Positions 1 to 7,698 of a stretch of DNA of 54,813 nt are shown here, piece after piece; position 1 is the first letter of the stretch, and every line of letters begins with the position of its first letter. The translations under genes and the position numbers were made by a program. This DNA comes from a virus: positions 1 to 54,813 of the IMG/VR virus record IMGVR_UViG_3300002057_000001. One strand, written 5' to 3'. Under the pieces are notes generated by a model. The model saw only the letters and a list, made by a program, of their open reading frames with translations, was not told where the DNA came from and ran no database searches.

Positions 1-49
1 CACGCCTCATTCTGAGTGAGGTCATAGGCGCTTGACATATTGTTGTTTG
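1..49. repeat. 49-bp terminal overlap, identical to 54765..54813 (circular closure or assembly overlap)
   Basis: Direct reading: cacgcctcattctgagtgaggtcataggcgcttgacatattgttgtttg occurs at both window ends. A minus-strand ORF reads through the junction in frame. Confidence 0.95.
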
Positions 50-212
50 CCCCGCGCCCGAACAGGACAACCCCGATGAATCGGCCTTGCTCCCACACCC
101 CGACTTTCACCAGCTTGCCCGCTGGCATACATCCGCTGTAGTGCCACTTCTCACAGGCGTAGCGCGCTGCATCATGCGTAGCCCAATCAATGAGCAGATC
201 ACTTTTTGACAT
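1..212 (-). CDS. Mom-family (GNAT-fold) DNA adenine modification protein, N-terminal part; continues at 54764..54344 across the circular junction
   Basis: ATG at 212..210 gives MSKSDLLIDWATHDAARYACEKWHYSGCMPAGKLVKVGVWEQGRFIGVVLFGRGANNN. This runs off the window start in frame with ORF 54344..54802. The joined length is 633 nt (210 aa). The WHYS and VSYADP..HHGGIYQAGNW motifs match my recollection of phage Mu Mom-type proteins. Confidence 0.6.
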   Translation of the reverse strand, partial: MSKSDLLIDWATHDAARYACEKWHYSGCMPAGKLVKVGVWEQGRFIGVVLFGRGANNNMSSAYDLTQNEA

Positions 213-792
213 GCTGCCTCGCGTCGAAATGCTCACCACAGCCGGGGCACGTCACAGGCTGAGGGGTGAGCGTGTCCAGTTTCCCCTGATCTGATTTCTT
301 GCCCGGTTTGAAGGCAGACGGATCAAGGGTCAGCTTGTCAAACTCATCATCAGAAAAGCCCATCAGCCCCGGCGTGAAATCCTCATCATGCAGAAACACA
401 AGTTCCGCCTTGAGCAGTTCATCATCCCAACCGGAATTCTCAGCGATCTTGTTATCAGCCAGCGTGTACGCGCGGCGCTGATCCTCTGACCATCCTGAGC
501 AGTTCATCACCGGCAACATGCCAACTGGCAGCGGCTTCCCGTTCGGCAGCTTGATCTTTTCTTTCGCGGCAAGCATCAGCTTGACCGCCATCAGACGGCC
601 ATGCCCTGCCGCGATCACACCGCCGTCATCCATGTCAGCAACTATCGGGTTCGTGAAACCGAATTGCCGGATGCTGTCAACAATCTGAGCAACCTGCTTA
701 TCATCATGCGTCCGGGCATTGCCCGCGAACGGCATCAGATCATCAACGCTCACAAGGGTCACAGAGACATCTGCTGAGGGCGCTTTGGGCAC
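199..792 (-). CDS. ParB/Srx-fold (ParB N-terminal nuclease-like) domain protein
   Basis: 197-aa ORF with the ParB N-terminal signatures NARTH, FGFTNPI and AAGHGRLMA, plus a C-terminal CPGC motif. Its stop overlaps the Mom-like start by 14 nt. Confidence 0.75.
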   Translation of the reverse strand: MPKAPSADVSVTLVSVDDLMPFAGNARTHDDKQVAQIVDSIRQFGFTNPIVADMDDGGVIAAGHGRLMAVKLMLAAKEKIKLPNGKPLPVGMLPVMNCSGWSEDQRRAYTLADNKIAENSGWDDELLKAELVFLHDEDFTPGLMGFSDDEFDKLTLDPSAFKPGKKSDQGKLDTLTPQPVTCPGCGEHFDARQHVKK

Positions 793-877
793 GGGCTATC
801 CTGACATCATGGCCCGCTGTCACGCCCCTGCACTCGCCCCTGAGGGGGCGGTTCCGGTGCAAGTAAACAGCAGATTG

Positions 878-922
878 AGAAAAACAAAAAACGCAAAACT
901 TCCGGGGGCGTCTGTCCCCGCG
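878..922 (-). terminator. candidate intrinsic terminator between the gpZ-like and ParB-like genes
   Basis: On the minus strand a 5-bp GC stem (903..907 with 916..920) is followed by gaagTTTTgcgTTTTTTgTTTTT. Confidence 0.35.
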
Positions 923-1051
923 AGACTTGGCTGCCCGGTACGGTCCCTAAAGGGGGGTGGTAGAGGGGGTCGCTCCCTCGGCCCTCCCGATGCCCCCTCT
1001 CAGCCTACCGACGCTCCACGGCGCTTACAGAGCCGCGTGTGAGGCGCTGGC

Positions 1052-1621
1052 TCAATCAGGCAGCATCCTGCTCAATTCGTGTTGAATTCTCTTGGGCAGC
1101 ATGTCTGCAACGGTGCGCTCAAACTCTTTCCGGGCCTCGGTGCGGATCATTTCAGCGGGAACAGCAGGACCGAATTGCCGTTCAATGGGGAGTGATGCGG
1201 TTGTTGTGCGCTGAAACACTTGGCCCGTCGCAACCTCTTTCCCGCTGTTGTAGCGTCCGGCATAGATGAACATGCCTGAGTAACGCTGCTGCTTTCCCCA
1301 CAGCTTGACGCGAACACCCCATGTGAATTGCTTGGGCCTGAACACCCTGAGAGGTATTGCCCCCCCGGTTCCGACAACAGCACCCTCAAGGACACCACCG
1401 CCCCCAGGCCGTACCGTTTTCCGTACCATTTGTTTCCTGACGAGCGAGACAGGAATTGATGACTGCCTTGCAACCGCACGGGCAACCTTTCCGCGTACTG
1501 TTGTGGTTACGCGGTTAATAGCGCGAGCAAAGGCGACGTGTGCTTTCTTCTGACCGATTGCACCGATCTGGTTTGCATACCGTTTCAGATCATCATCATT
1601 TTGAGTGAGTGAAATTCTCAT
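1052..1621 (-). CDS. lambda gpZ-like minor tail / tail completion protein
   Basis: 189 aa. ARAINRV near the N-terminus, a basic middle region and the C-terminal LPKRIQHEL pattern parallel lambda gpZ as I recall it. Confidence 0.55.
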   Translation of the reverse strand: MRISLTQNDDDLKRYANQIGAIGQKKAHVAFARAINRVTTTVRGKVARAVARQSSIPVSLVRKQMVRKTVRPGGGGVLEGAVVGTGGAIPLRVFRPKQFTWGVRVKLWGKQQRYSGMFIYAGRYNSGKEVATGQVFQRTTTASLPIERQFGPAVPAEMIRTEARKEFERTVADMLPKRIQHELSRMLPD

Positions 1622-1970
1622 CTTGCGATGCCCTACTCTATGGAAGGTATTTTTTGTGAGGACGGGATATAGAGTATATCAATGCGCTCCGGTCACTCAC
1701 TCCTGGGGGCTTACGCCCCCCCGTTCGTTCCCTGCGCTCAACCTGTTTAGATTACACAAGGGCTGAACCGTCTTTTCGCGATGAACACCGGATTTTGTCT
1801 CATTTCAAGCCCTAATGTGCAGGGGGTCGGCACCCCTCAGGGGCCGTCACCCGTATTTCTGCCTTTATAAATCAGGGACTTAGATAGGTGTTCGACTCCC
1901 GAAAGATTCTGGTGCCGGTTTCAGATAGGGGGTTGACAGGTTTTGAGGGTGTTTTGGGGTCAGAAACCCT

Positions 1971-2058
1971 GAAATGTCCGGCTATGTCCGGGTTTGTCGG
2001 GTTGAATGTCCGGCTATGTCCGGTTTTATGCCTCAACCGGACATGATCTGATGTCGGG
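1971..2058. repeat. iteron cluster: ATGTCCGG x4 as two 22-bp direct repeats, plus an inverted CCGGACAT/ATGTCGGG pair
   Basis: ATGTCCGG occurs at 1974, 1984, 2006 and 2016. AATGTCCGGCTATGTCCGG(G)TTT occurs twice (1973.. and 2005..). CCGGACAT is at 2037..2044, facing ATGTCGGG at 2051..2058. The cluster lies in a 943-bp noncoding region. Confidence 0.85.
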
Positions 2059-2231
2059 CAAGCCTCAGAGGTGCTGAGGAAGTGATTCGCGGCCTGTTGT
2101 GAGGGCATATCGACCGCAAGTAATGAGGGGTTTTCCTGCAAAAATCATAACTGATCTTTCAGCCGTTTACGGTCCATTTATCATGTTCATTCATTCCTGA
2201 TGATGCTCAGACAATGAAAAAGGAATGACCT

Positions 2232-2381
2232 ATGATCCGCAACATCTTCTGCCTTGTGGCCGGTGCCATTATCGCAGCAGCAACCCTGATCATCACTCAC
2301 CCGGCTCACGCCCAGCACATTCACCTGCACAGCTATCTGAACGGTCATCAGTGGTCGTGTTGGTGCGGTTTCCTTTGGTGA
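2232..2381 (+). CDS. candidate small secreted peptide (49 aa), opposite strand to its neighbours
   Basis: AGGAA lies 7 nt upstream of the ATG. Translation is MIRNIFCLVAGAIIAAATLIITHPAHA/QHIHLHSYLNGHQWSCWCGFLW, which has a signal-peptide-like N-terminus with an AHA-Q site. Third-position GC is about 67 percent. A strong plus-strand terminator lies downstream. The ORF is too short for the ORF track. Confidence 0.35.
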   Translation: MIRNIFCLVAGAIIAAATLIITHPAHAQHIHLHSYLNGHQWSCWCGFLW

Positions 2382-2515
2382 TCTGCTTGACGGCAGCCAC
2401 CGGCAGCGCGTAGCCTGAGCGGGCTTTAAAAACCTATACGGTTCCGGCCTGATGCCGGTTGAACGCTTCACAGGAGGTTGCTGTGCAACAGATCAGGGGA
2501 AAGCCCTGATGAGGA

Positions 2516-2547
2516 AAGGCCGCCCTTGAGGGGCGGCCTTTTTCTTT
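2516..2547 (+). terminator. rho-independent terminator (plus strand)
   Basis: Stem GGCCGCCC (2518..2525) pairs with GGGCGGCC (2531..2538) around a 5-nt loop, followed by TTTTTCTTT. Confidence 0.7.
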
Positions 2548-2564
2548 GTCAGGATTGCTGCTGC

Positions 2565-2768
2565 TCAGCGCGTTTCAAAAACATCATGCCATTTCCGATC
2601 TGAAATGACTGTGATGATTTCCGCCAGATCAAGGCCGCCCCTCACTGCAAGCTGCTCAAGAGTTTGACCGTGATTTGTGATGGCCTGCGCCCGGTGCGGT
2701 TCAAGCAAATCCCAGGGAACGCTTTTGATGATCTTATCCCCAAGGACGGGGAATCGCTTTTCTGTCAT
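2565..2768 (-). CDS. hypothetical protein (last gene of the leftward early block)
   Basis: 67-aa ORF with a 4-nt overlap to the upstream gene. Confidence 0.55.
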   Translation of the reverse strand: MTEKRFPVLGDKIIKSVPWDLLEPHRAQAITNHGQTLEQLAVRGGLDLAEIITVISDRKWHDVFETR

Positions 2769-3034
2769 CCCTTCACTGCCTTCTGCTTATGATCACGCTT
2801 CACGGCCTCAATCAAGTTGGCTTGCGCCTGGGCAAACTCAGAGCCGGGGGCATGAATACCGACAAGAACGCCCTCAGGGCCGTCCTCTTGACCGTCAAGA
2901 TAATGCTGCCCCTGACGGCATGGGAAATACAGCCCCTTGTCATCTCGCTGAACCGTGACTGCACCAGCAGCAGCACAGTCAAAACCGCCGTCAAGAATGA
3001 TGCTGTCACCGGCTTTGATTTCATCAAGTTTCAT
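2765..3034 (-). CDS. hypothetical protein
   Basis: Start refined to ATG 3034 (MKLDEIKAG...) with AAGGAAAAGAC upstream. The longer track ORF 2765..3169 has a non-coding-looking N-terminus. Confidence 0.55.
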   Translation of the reverse strand: MKLDEIKAGDSIILDGGFDCAAAGAVTVQRDDKGLYFPCRQGQHYLDGQEDGPEGVLVGIHAPGSEFAQAQANLIEAVKRDHKQKAVKG

Positions 3035-3165
3035 GTCTTTTCCTTTTGTTGAGGTGATGCCCCGCCCCCTCGTCTTAACAGCAGACGTTACCAGTAGGGG
3101 CGGGGTCAGATCAGTGAGCATGTTCAGAGCCGAGCCGTAGCACCCGGATGGGGGAAACTCACCAA

Positions 3166-3348
3166 TCATTCAGGCGGTGTTGCCGCCCCTTCCCTTTCTA
3201 AGAGGGAAGCTATTTGACCGATCAGGCGTTTCTCAAGGCTGCCTGCAATCGCGGCCTTTCCCTGCTCAGTCAGGTATTCAGGATGAGCGTTTATTGTGTC
3301 ACGGACAGAACCGCGAATAACTCTGCTCAGCTTGCCGTGATCAGGCAT
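3166..3348 (-). CDS. hypothetical protein
   Basis: 60-aa ORF packed in the operon. Confidence 0.45.
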   Translation of the reverse strand: MPDHGKLSRVIRGSVRDTINAHPEYLTEQGKAAIAGSLEKRLIGQIASLLEREGAATPPE

Positions 3349-3568
3349 CTTTCTTGACCGTCAGATAATGCTCAGCACAGGCGGCCTCAGCCTCAGCTAT
3401 TGAGGCGCAACTTTTAGACCAAAGCCGATTCACATCATCAGAGAATTTAACGCTGCATCCCTCGCCAGACTGATAGGGCACAAGATGATACCAGCCCTCA
3501 GGAACAACGCAACGGGCTGTGCCGCCCCAAAAATCCTCAAAAGTAAGATTGTCTTTTTCAGCGGTCAT
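3341..3568 (-). CDS. hypothetical protein
   Basis: Start refined to MTAEKDN (ATG 3568), which overlaps the upstream stop as AATGACCGCTGA. Confidence 0.5.
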   Translation of the reverse strand: MTAEKDNLTFEDFWGGTARCVVPEGWYHLVPYQSGEGCSVKFSDDVNRLWSKSCASIAEAEAACAEHYLTVKKDA

Positions 3569-3914
3569 TGCTGTTCTCTTTCGGCCATATTGTTTCACCA
3601 CCATAACCGGGATGATCATGGTTGTTGCTGATGTGATTTTCAGGCGGCCTATTCCGCCAGCGGCGCTCATCCTTTCGGGCTATTGCCCTTCGTTCCTCAG
3701 GCGTTGCGATAGAGCAAACATAGGCATGACGGCCAGCAGCGGTAAAAATGAAACCGAAACAGCTTGCCCCGTTTTTTGGCGTTGACCGCCAAACACGACC
3801 ACAATGAGGGCAGGCAACTGAATTGCGCTCAAACCGCCTGACATGCCCGTCAGCGCTGGGATTTTTCACTGAGCGGGCACTTGCTTCCTCAATCAAAGCA
3901 GAATCCTTTTTCAT
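3558..3914 (-). CDS. hypothetical protein with a CPHC motif
   Basis: Start refined to MKKDSAL (ATG 3914), with AGGAG 8 nt upstream. Confidence 0.5.
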   Translation of the reverse strand: MKKDSALIEEASARSVKNPSADGHVRRFERNSVACPHCGRVWRSTPKNGASCFGFIFTAAGRHAYVCSIATPEERRAIARKDERRWRNRPPENHISNNHDHPGYGGETIWPKENSNDR

Positions 3915-3919
3915 CTTTC

Positions 3920-4222
3920 TCACTCCTGAAATTTTGATAGCGCCTGATCTTTGATCAGTCTCCATTTTGCAATATATGAGCGGTCACTGTTGGGGTTAAA
4001 TCCGTCACGTTTAAGCTGCCGTCTCAGCGCTGCATATTCATCCCTGAGCGCCTTATCAGCGCCTCTGTAGTGCTTGCCACATAGCCACTCATAGATGACA
4101 CGGCCTGCCGTCTGTGCCTCAGCCTCAGCAGGCTCAAGCCGACAGGTGCGGCGGCAGAACGGGGCAAGGCACCTGATGCGCTTGCCCTGATCTATCTCAG
4201 CCTGTTTTTCAGCCGCGTTCAT
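3920..4222 (-). CDS. hypothetical Cys-containing protein
   Basis: 100-aa ORF in the operon. Confidence 0.55.
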   Translation of the reverse strand: MNAAEKQAEIDQGKRIRCLAPFCRRTCRLEPAEAEAQTAGRVIYEWLCGKHYRGADKALRDEYAALRRQLKRDGFNPNSDRSYIAKWRLIKDQALSKFQE

Positions 4223-4529
4223 CTGGCAACATCGGGATGCTCAAATCTACATTTTCACCAAGCTGAAAAAGCAACATTGCAACAAACTCATCAACATTGC
4301 TCTCATCAACATTAGAAAAAGAAATGCTTTCTATTTCAGGAAACTGCTCTTTAATAAAAGGCCGCAACTTGCGCGCGACATCAGGCAAAGAATGTGTCCA
4401 GACTAAACGGCCCGCCATTTCTCCCATGGCGCTTTGCATTGATGACATCCCATGTTCTTTTAAAAGAACGCCGCTATAGATAGCGGCCACATCAAGAACG
4501 CAAAAAGTCTTTACTTCTTTTGAAGTCAT
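4209..4529 (-). CDS. hypothetical protein (visibly lower-GC gene)
   Basis: Start refined to MTSKEVK, with GGAG 9 nt upstream. The stretch 4209..4560 is AT-rich. Confidence 0.55.
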   Translation of the reverse strand: MTSKEVKTFCVLDVAAIYSGVLLKEHGMSSMQSAMGEMAGRLVWTHSLPDVARKLRPFIKEQFPEIESISFSNVDESNVDEFVAMLLFQLGENVDLSIPMLPDERG

Positions 4530-4583
4530 TTTGTAGCTCTCCATTTCTTTTTAAGAAATCTGCATCTTTTCAAGCCGCGTTCA

Positions 4584-4922
4584 TCACAACCCCTGAAAGC
4601 ACCGGCCATCATGGCGGCACCTGCGTTTCATTGCGGTACGCTGCTCATATCCGCTGAACAACTGGCTGAACGCCCATGCTGCATCCCGGCCACGGGGCAC
4701 CCAGAAATCAATCACGGTTTCACCGCGCAACCCCATGATAAGATGATACTCTGTTGGCGGGTCATCAGCGCAATCAGCAGCCCTGTCACTACCCGACATC
4801 CGGCGCATCGTCAGCGGGCCGTGTGCTGTGAACCGGGGCGTTTGCATTGTGACGGTTTCCCCGTCACGCGGCCCACCGATCACAAGGCCGGTGAATGTTT
4901 GCTGATCCTCTGCATAGGTCAT
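4584..4922 (-). CDS. hypothetical protein
   Basis: 112-aa ORF. Confidence 0.55.
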   Translation of the reverse strand: MTYAEDQQTFTGLVIGGPRDGETVTMQTPRFTAHGPLTMRRMSGSDRAADCADDPPTEYHLIMGLRGETVIDFWVPRGRDAAWAFSQLFSGYEQRTAMKRRCRHDGRCFQGL

Positions 4923-5299
4923 CAGAAAGCCCCCTCAAGGCAATCCGCACAGGGCGGGTTTATATCACGGCAATCTGATGTCATTTCATGCAGACGCCAG
5001 CACGGCGGATCACCTGATTGAGCGCAAAACCCGGAACAGATTTCTTCAAGTTCATCCGTCCATCCCAGCGCCTTTGCACGCTCCGCAAGTTCTTGCCGGA
5101 TGAAAGCCCCTGCCGTTCCGGTTCCTTCAAACTCGGCAAGCCGGTGACTTGATGCGGCGCTGATCCATGCTTTCAGGAATTGGCCGGGGGTGCCGTCAAT
5201 GACGTTGAGCAGGGGCGGTGACTTGCACTCTGCACAGGGCACCCTGTTTGTCATGCGCTCACCTATCAGGCCGCTACCGTTGCAGGCTTCACAGGTCAT
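4922..5299 (-). CDS. hypothetical protein with DnaJ-type CxxCxGxG / CxxC zinc-finger-like motifs
   Basis: The N-terminus reads MTCEACNGSG...CAECK. Confidence 0.55.
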   Translation of the reverse strand: MTCEACNGSGLIGERMTNRVPCAECKSPPLLNVIDGTPGQFLKAWISAASSHRLAEFEGTGTAGAFIRQELAERAKALGWTDELEEICSGFCAQSGDPPCWRLHEMTSDCRDINPPCADCLEGAF

Positions 5300-5661
5300 C
5301 AGGCTTTCCCCTCTATAGCTGCCTCAAGGCGCTGGGCCAGGGCATACAGGCGCTCAGGCTCAGGAAGCACGACGCGCGCCCGGTCATCACGCATCTGATC
5401 TTGCAGGGCCGCAATCTCACGCAGCATGTGCAGAGCGGCGGCCCCTTCCTGTTTCAGCGCGGCCATCTGATGCCGATAGTATTTCTCGGCGCTGTCATAG
5501 ACATCACTGTCAACGTAGCGGTGAAACTCTCTATCCCGGTCAAGATCACCGGCATAGCGGGCTATAGTCGCGCCCTCAGATAGAACAGCGTTGACAACGC
5601 CCTGATCATGTTCCTCACGCTCAGCCATCCATATTTCGCGGGGCCATTCTATGTCAGGCAT
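5299..5661 (-). CDS. hypothetical protein
   Basis: Start refined to MPDIEWP (ATG 5661), which overlaps the upstream stop as ATGCCTGA. Confidence 0.55.
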   Translation of the reverse strand: MPDIEWPREIWMAEREEHDQGVVNAVLSEGATIARYAGDLDRDREFHRYVDSDVYDSAEKYYRHQMAALKQEGAAALHMLREIAALQDQMRDDRARVVLPEPERLYALAQRLEAAIEGKA

Positions 5662-6112
5662 TTTTCTCTTTCCCTTTCTGAAACTCACGGGCCTCAAACT
5701 CAGCAATGATAATCATCTCATTCTGCCAATCCTCACTGAAACCCAACTGCTCAGCCAGCATCCGCAAGGATTCCTCACGCTCACCATCAGGAAGGGCACC
5801 GGCACACATTGCGGCGAAAGTCGCCATGCGTGAGGCATCAGCGTTCTGTTTATGCTGAGCGGATTTCTTGCGCTCATCAATCATTTCACGCTTGTAGTCA
5901 CGAGCGATGATCAACATGCACAGATAAAGTAAGTACAGCAGAAAAAGAGAAATCCCATCCCAGCTAAAAACTATAGCTGCAAGGAAAATGAAAGACAGAA
6001 TTGAATGAGAATAGTCAGCAATCTTTACCGTCAAAGATGCTGACATGAACCGGCTAATTGAGCCATTGACGCGGCCAATTAGCATCAGGAGTTTTTTGAT
6101 AATAGCGCTCAT
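5654..6112 (-). CDS. membrane protein (two hydrophobic segments, soluble acidic C-terminal domain)
   Basis: Start refined to MSAIIKK, with an ATGA overlap to the ASCH stop. The hydrophobic stretch is SILSFIFLAAIVFSWDGISLFLLYLLYLCMLII. The core is AT-rich. Confidence 0.6.
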   Translation of the reverse strand: MSAIIKKLLMLIGRVNGSISRFMSASLTVKIADYSHSILSFIFLAAIVFSWDGISLFLLYLLYLCMLIIARDYKREMIDERKKSAQHKQNADASRMATFAAMCAGALPDGEREESLRMLAEQLGFSEDWQNEMIIIAEFEAREFQKGKEKNA

Positions 6113-6510
6113 CTGATAATCCTCTCTTTCCATTTGAACAGGCCAAGCATCCCCTTGACCGGGATGAACGGCACGGGCTGCACATTCTCAAGCACAAGGC
6201 CGAACGGGCCGAAAAACCAAGGATCGTCAGAGGTGCTTATGCAATCCACAATCTCAGCGGTGCCGATGATGCCGCCTCGGATGTTTGATGCTGACAGCAT
6301 GGCTGGGGGCCATGACGGCGGGGATTGATCCATGATGAAAGCCTCTGCCTCAGAGTAGGCATCCCCGTTCATGTAGGATGAGGCGTGAAGGCAGATCAGG
6401 CCGCGATAGTTGAAGCGCCTCGGCCTGTTCTCAATGCGCTTGCCTGCCCTGAGGATTGCCCAGGCCCAAGGCTGACGGATGCTCAGGGCGCGGTCAGGCA
6501 GATCATTCAT
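6109..6510 (-). CDS. ASCH (PUA-like) domain protein
   Basis: The LSIRQPWAWAILRAGKRIENR signature is typical of ASCH domains. Confidence 0.65.
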   Translation of the reverse strand: MNDLPDRALSIRQPWAWAILRAGKRIENRPRRFNYRGLICLHASSYMNGDAYSEAEAFIMDQSPPSWPPAMLSASNIRGGIIGTAEIVDCISTSDDPWFFGPFGLVLENVQPVPFIPVKGMLGLFKWKERIIR

Positions 6511-6709
6511 GTGACAATCCTTTCTTGAGCGCTTCATGCTTTTCCCAATCAGGGAAAAAGACGCTCATTTGAACAGGGCAATAAGCAGTATATTCCCAGC
6601 GCTGTTTTGTTTGCCGCCAAAAACGGCAGATGACCTGATCATCAACTATGCCTCTGACGTGATAGACCTTGCGGCCATACCGCAGCTTGATCTTGTGCAG
6701 TTCAGACAT
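6503..6709 (-). CDS. hypothetical protein
   Basis: 68-aa ORF with AGGAGG upstream. Confidence 0.55.
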   Translation of the reverse strand: MSELHKIKLRYGRKVYHVRGIVDDQVICRFWRQTKQRWEYTAYCPVQMSVFFPDWEKHEALKKGLSHE

Positions 6710-6760
6710 CCCCTCACCTCCTGACGGGCACAGGGCACCCCCTGAGGGGTGCCCCTTGCC

Positions 6761-7639
6761 TCAGCCCGCGCTCATAGGCTTGCCACGGGCAGCAGCGGCA
6801 TCTGCATCAGCCATTTCACGCTGAAAGGCGTCTGCGTTGTTCAGCCAGACGTGAGAATCAGAGGATTCATAATTCGGCTGAATTTTGCCGCCGACATGAA
6901 GGGAAAGAGCGTGATTGCTCACCCCTTCCTCATAGGCAACCCGCACAAGCCGCCTGAGCCGCTGTATCTCAGCTTTCAGTTTTTCCGCGCTTTCATGTGA
7001 GCGCTTGTTATCAGCAACACGGGCCGCAATAGCGGCGCTGACATCTGCCTCAAGATCACCGATCCGCTGAGAGGACAGGCAGGCCGTGTTCATGTAGCCC
7101 TCACCGATTTCCTGCACCTCAGTCAGTTCAGCTTGCAGGGTGTTGACGTGAGCCTGTGCATCCGCAAGGGCTGCCCTGAGCGCTTTCTTGCCCTTGGGCT
7201 TGGGCACCGGCCAGTTGCCCCGCGCGCTGCTGTATTCGGCACCAACAAAATTGAAAGGATCATTTTCAACTGCTTGTGAAACATAGGCTTCACCTAAGCC
7301 GCTTTTGATTTCCTGAATTTTCTCGGCAACAGCCTTGCCCAGATCAAACGTCTTGCCGATCTGCTGAGGGCGGATCAGCACAATCCGCTTGTTTGCATAC
7401 GGGAACGCATCAGAGGCGTGTGTGATTCCTGAATAAACATCAGCCTCAGAGCGCACTGACAGCACCTCAACGCCGCCTGCCTCAAGGCCGGAACGGTCAT
7501 CATCAAAATAGACGTGCCTGACGGCTTCCTCAACGGCCCCACGCTGCCGCTCAAGGGACCATTCAGCCGGGGCTGTATAGGTGACGCTCAGCGTTGCTGT
7601 AACGGCTTCCATCATGGGTTTTTCTTGATCTGTTGACAT
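6761..7639 (-). CDS. hypothetical protein with a central coiled coil
   Basis: 292-aa ORF. A GC hairpin at 6733..6756 follows its stop. Confidence 0.65.
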   Translation of the reverse strand: MSTDQEKPMMEAVTATLSVTYTAPAEWSLERQRGAVEEAVRHVYFDDDRSGLEAGGVEVLSVRSEADVYSGITHASDAFPYANKRIVLIRPQQIGKTFDLGKAVAEKIQEIKSGLGEAYVSQAVENDPFNFVGAEYSSARGNWPVPKPKGKKALRAALADAQAHVNTLQAELTEVQEIGEGYMNTACLSSQRIGDLEADVSAAIAARVADNKRSHESAEKLKAEIQRLRRLVRVAYEEGVSNHALSLHVGGKIQPNYESSDSHVWLNNADAFQREMADADAAAARGKPMSAG

Positions 7640-7698
7640 CTTGCTTTTTCCTTCGTGATAACCCGGCGATCTGCCGGGGATGATATAATCAGGGGTTT

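Noticed and set aside
1-49. 49-bp terminal repeat as biological direct terminal repeats or cohesive ends
   Set aside because: The repeat lies inside a coding sequence that reads through the junction. The phage has a lambda-type cos terminase. An exact short overlap is typical of assembler circularisation.
199-792. ParB as a plasmid/prophage partition system
   Set aside because: There is no ParA partner and no parS-like repeat array. Only the ParB N-terminal nuclease-like domain is present, and the gene is coupled to a DNA-modification gene.
1971-2058. CRISPR-like array
   Set aside because: The repeats are only 8-22 bp with 2-10 bp spacing, and there are no spacer-sized unique segments or cas genes.
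1872-2471. Minus-strand ORFs 1872..2141 and 2187..2471, and plus-strand ORF 2225..2413
   Set aside because: Their composition looks non-coding and they lack an RBS. They overlap the iterons or the better-supported 2232..2381 frame.
6733-6756. Family of GC-rich hairpins with CTCAG/CTGAG/TTGAG loops (also 834..850, 2516..2547, 34304..34330, 51142..51163) as REP/MITE-like mobile repeats
   Set aside because: The stems differ in sequence and always sit just after stop codons. They are more simply explained as intrinsic terminators or mRNA-stabilising hairpins.
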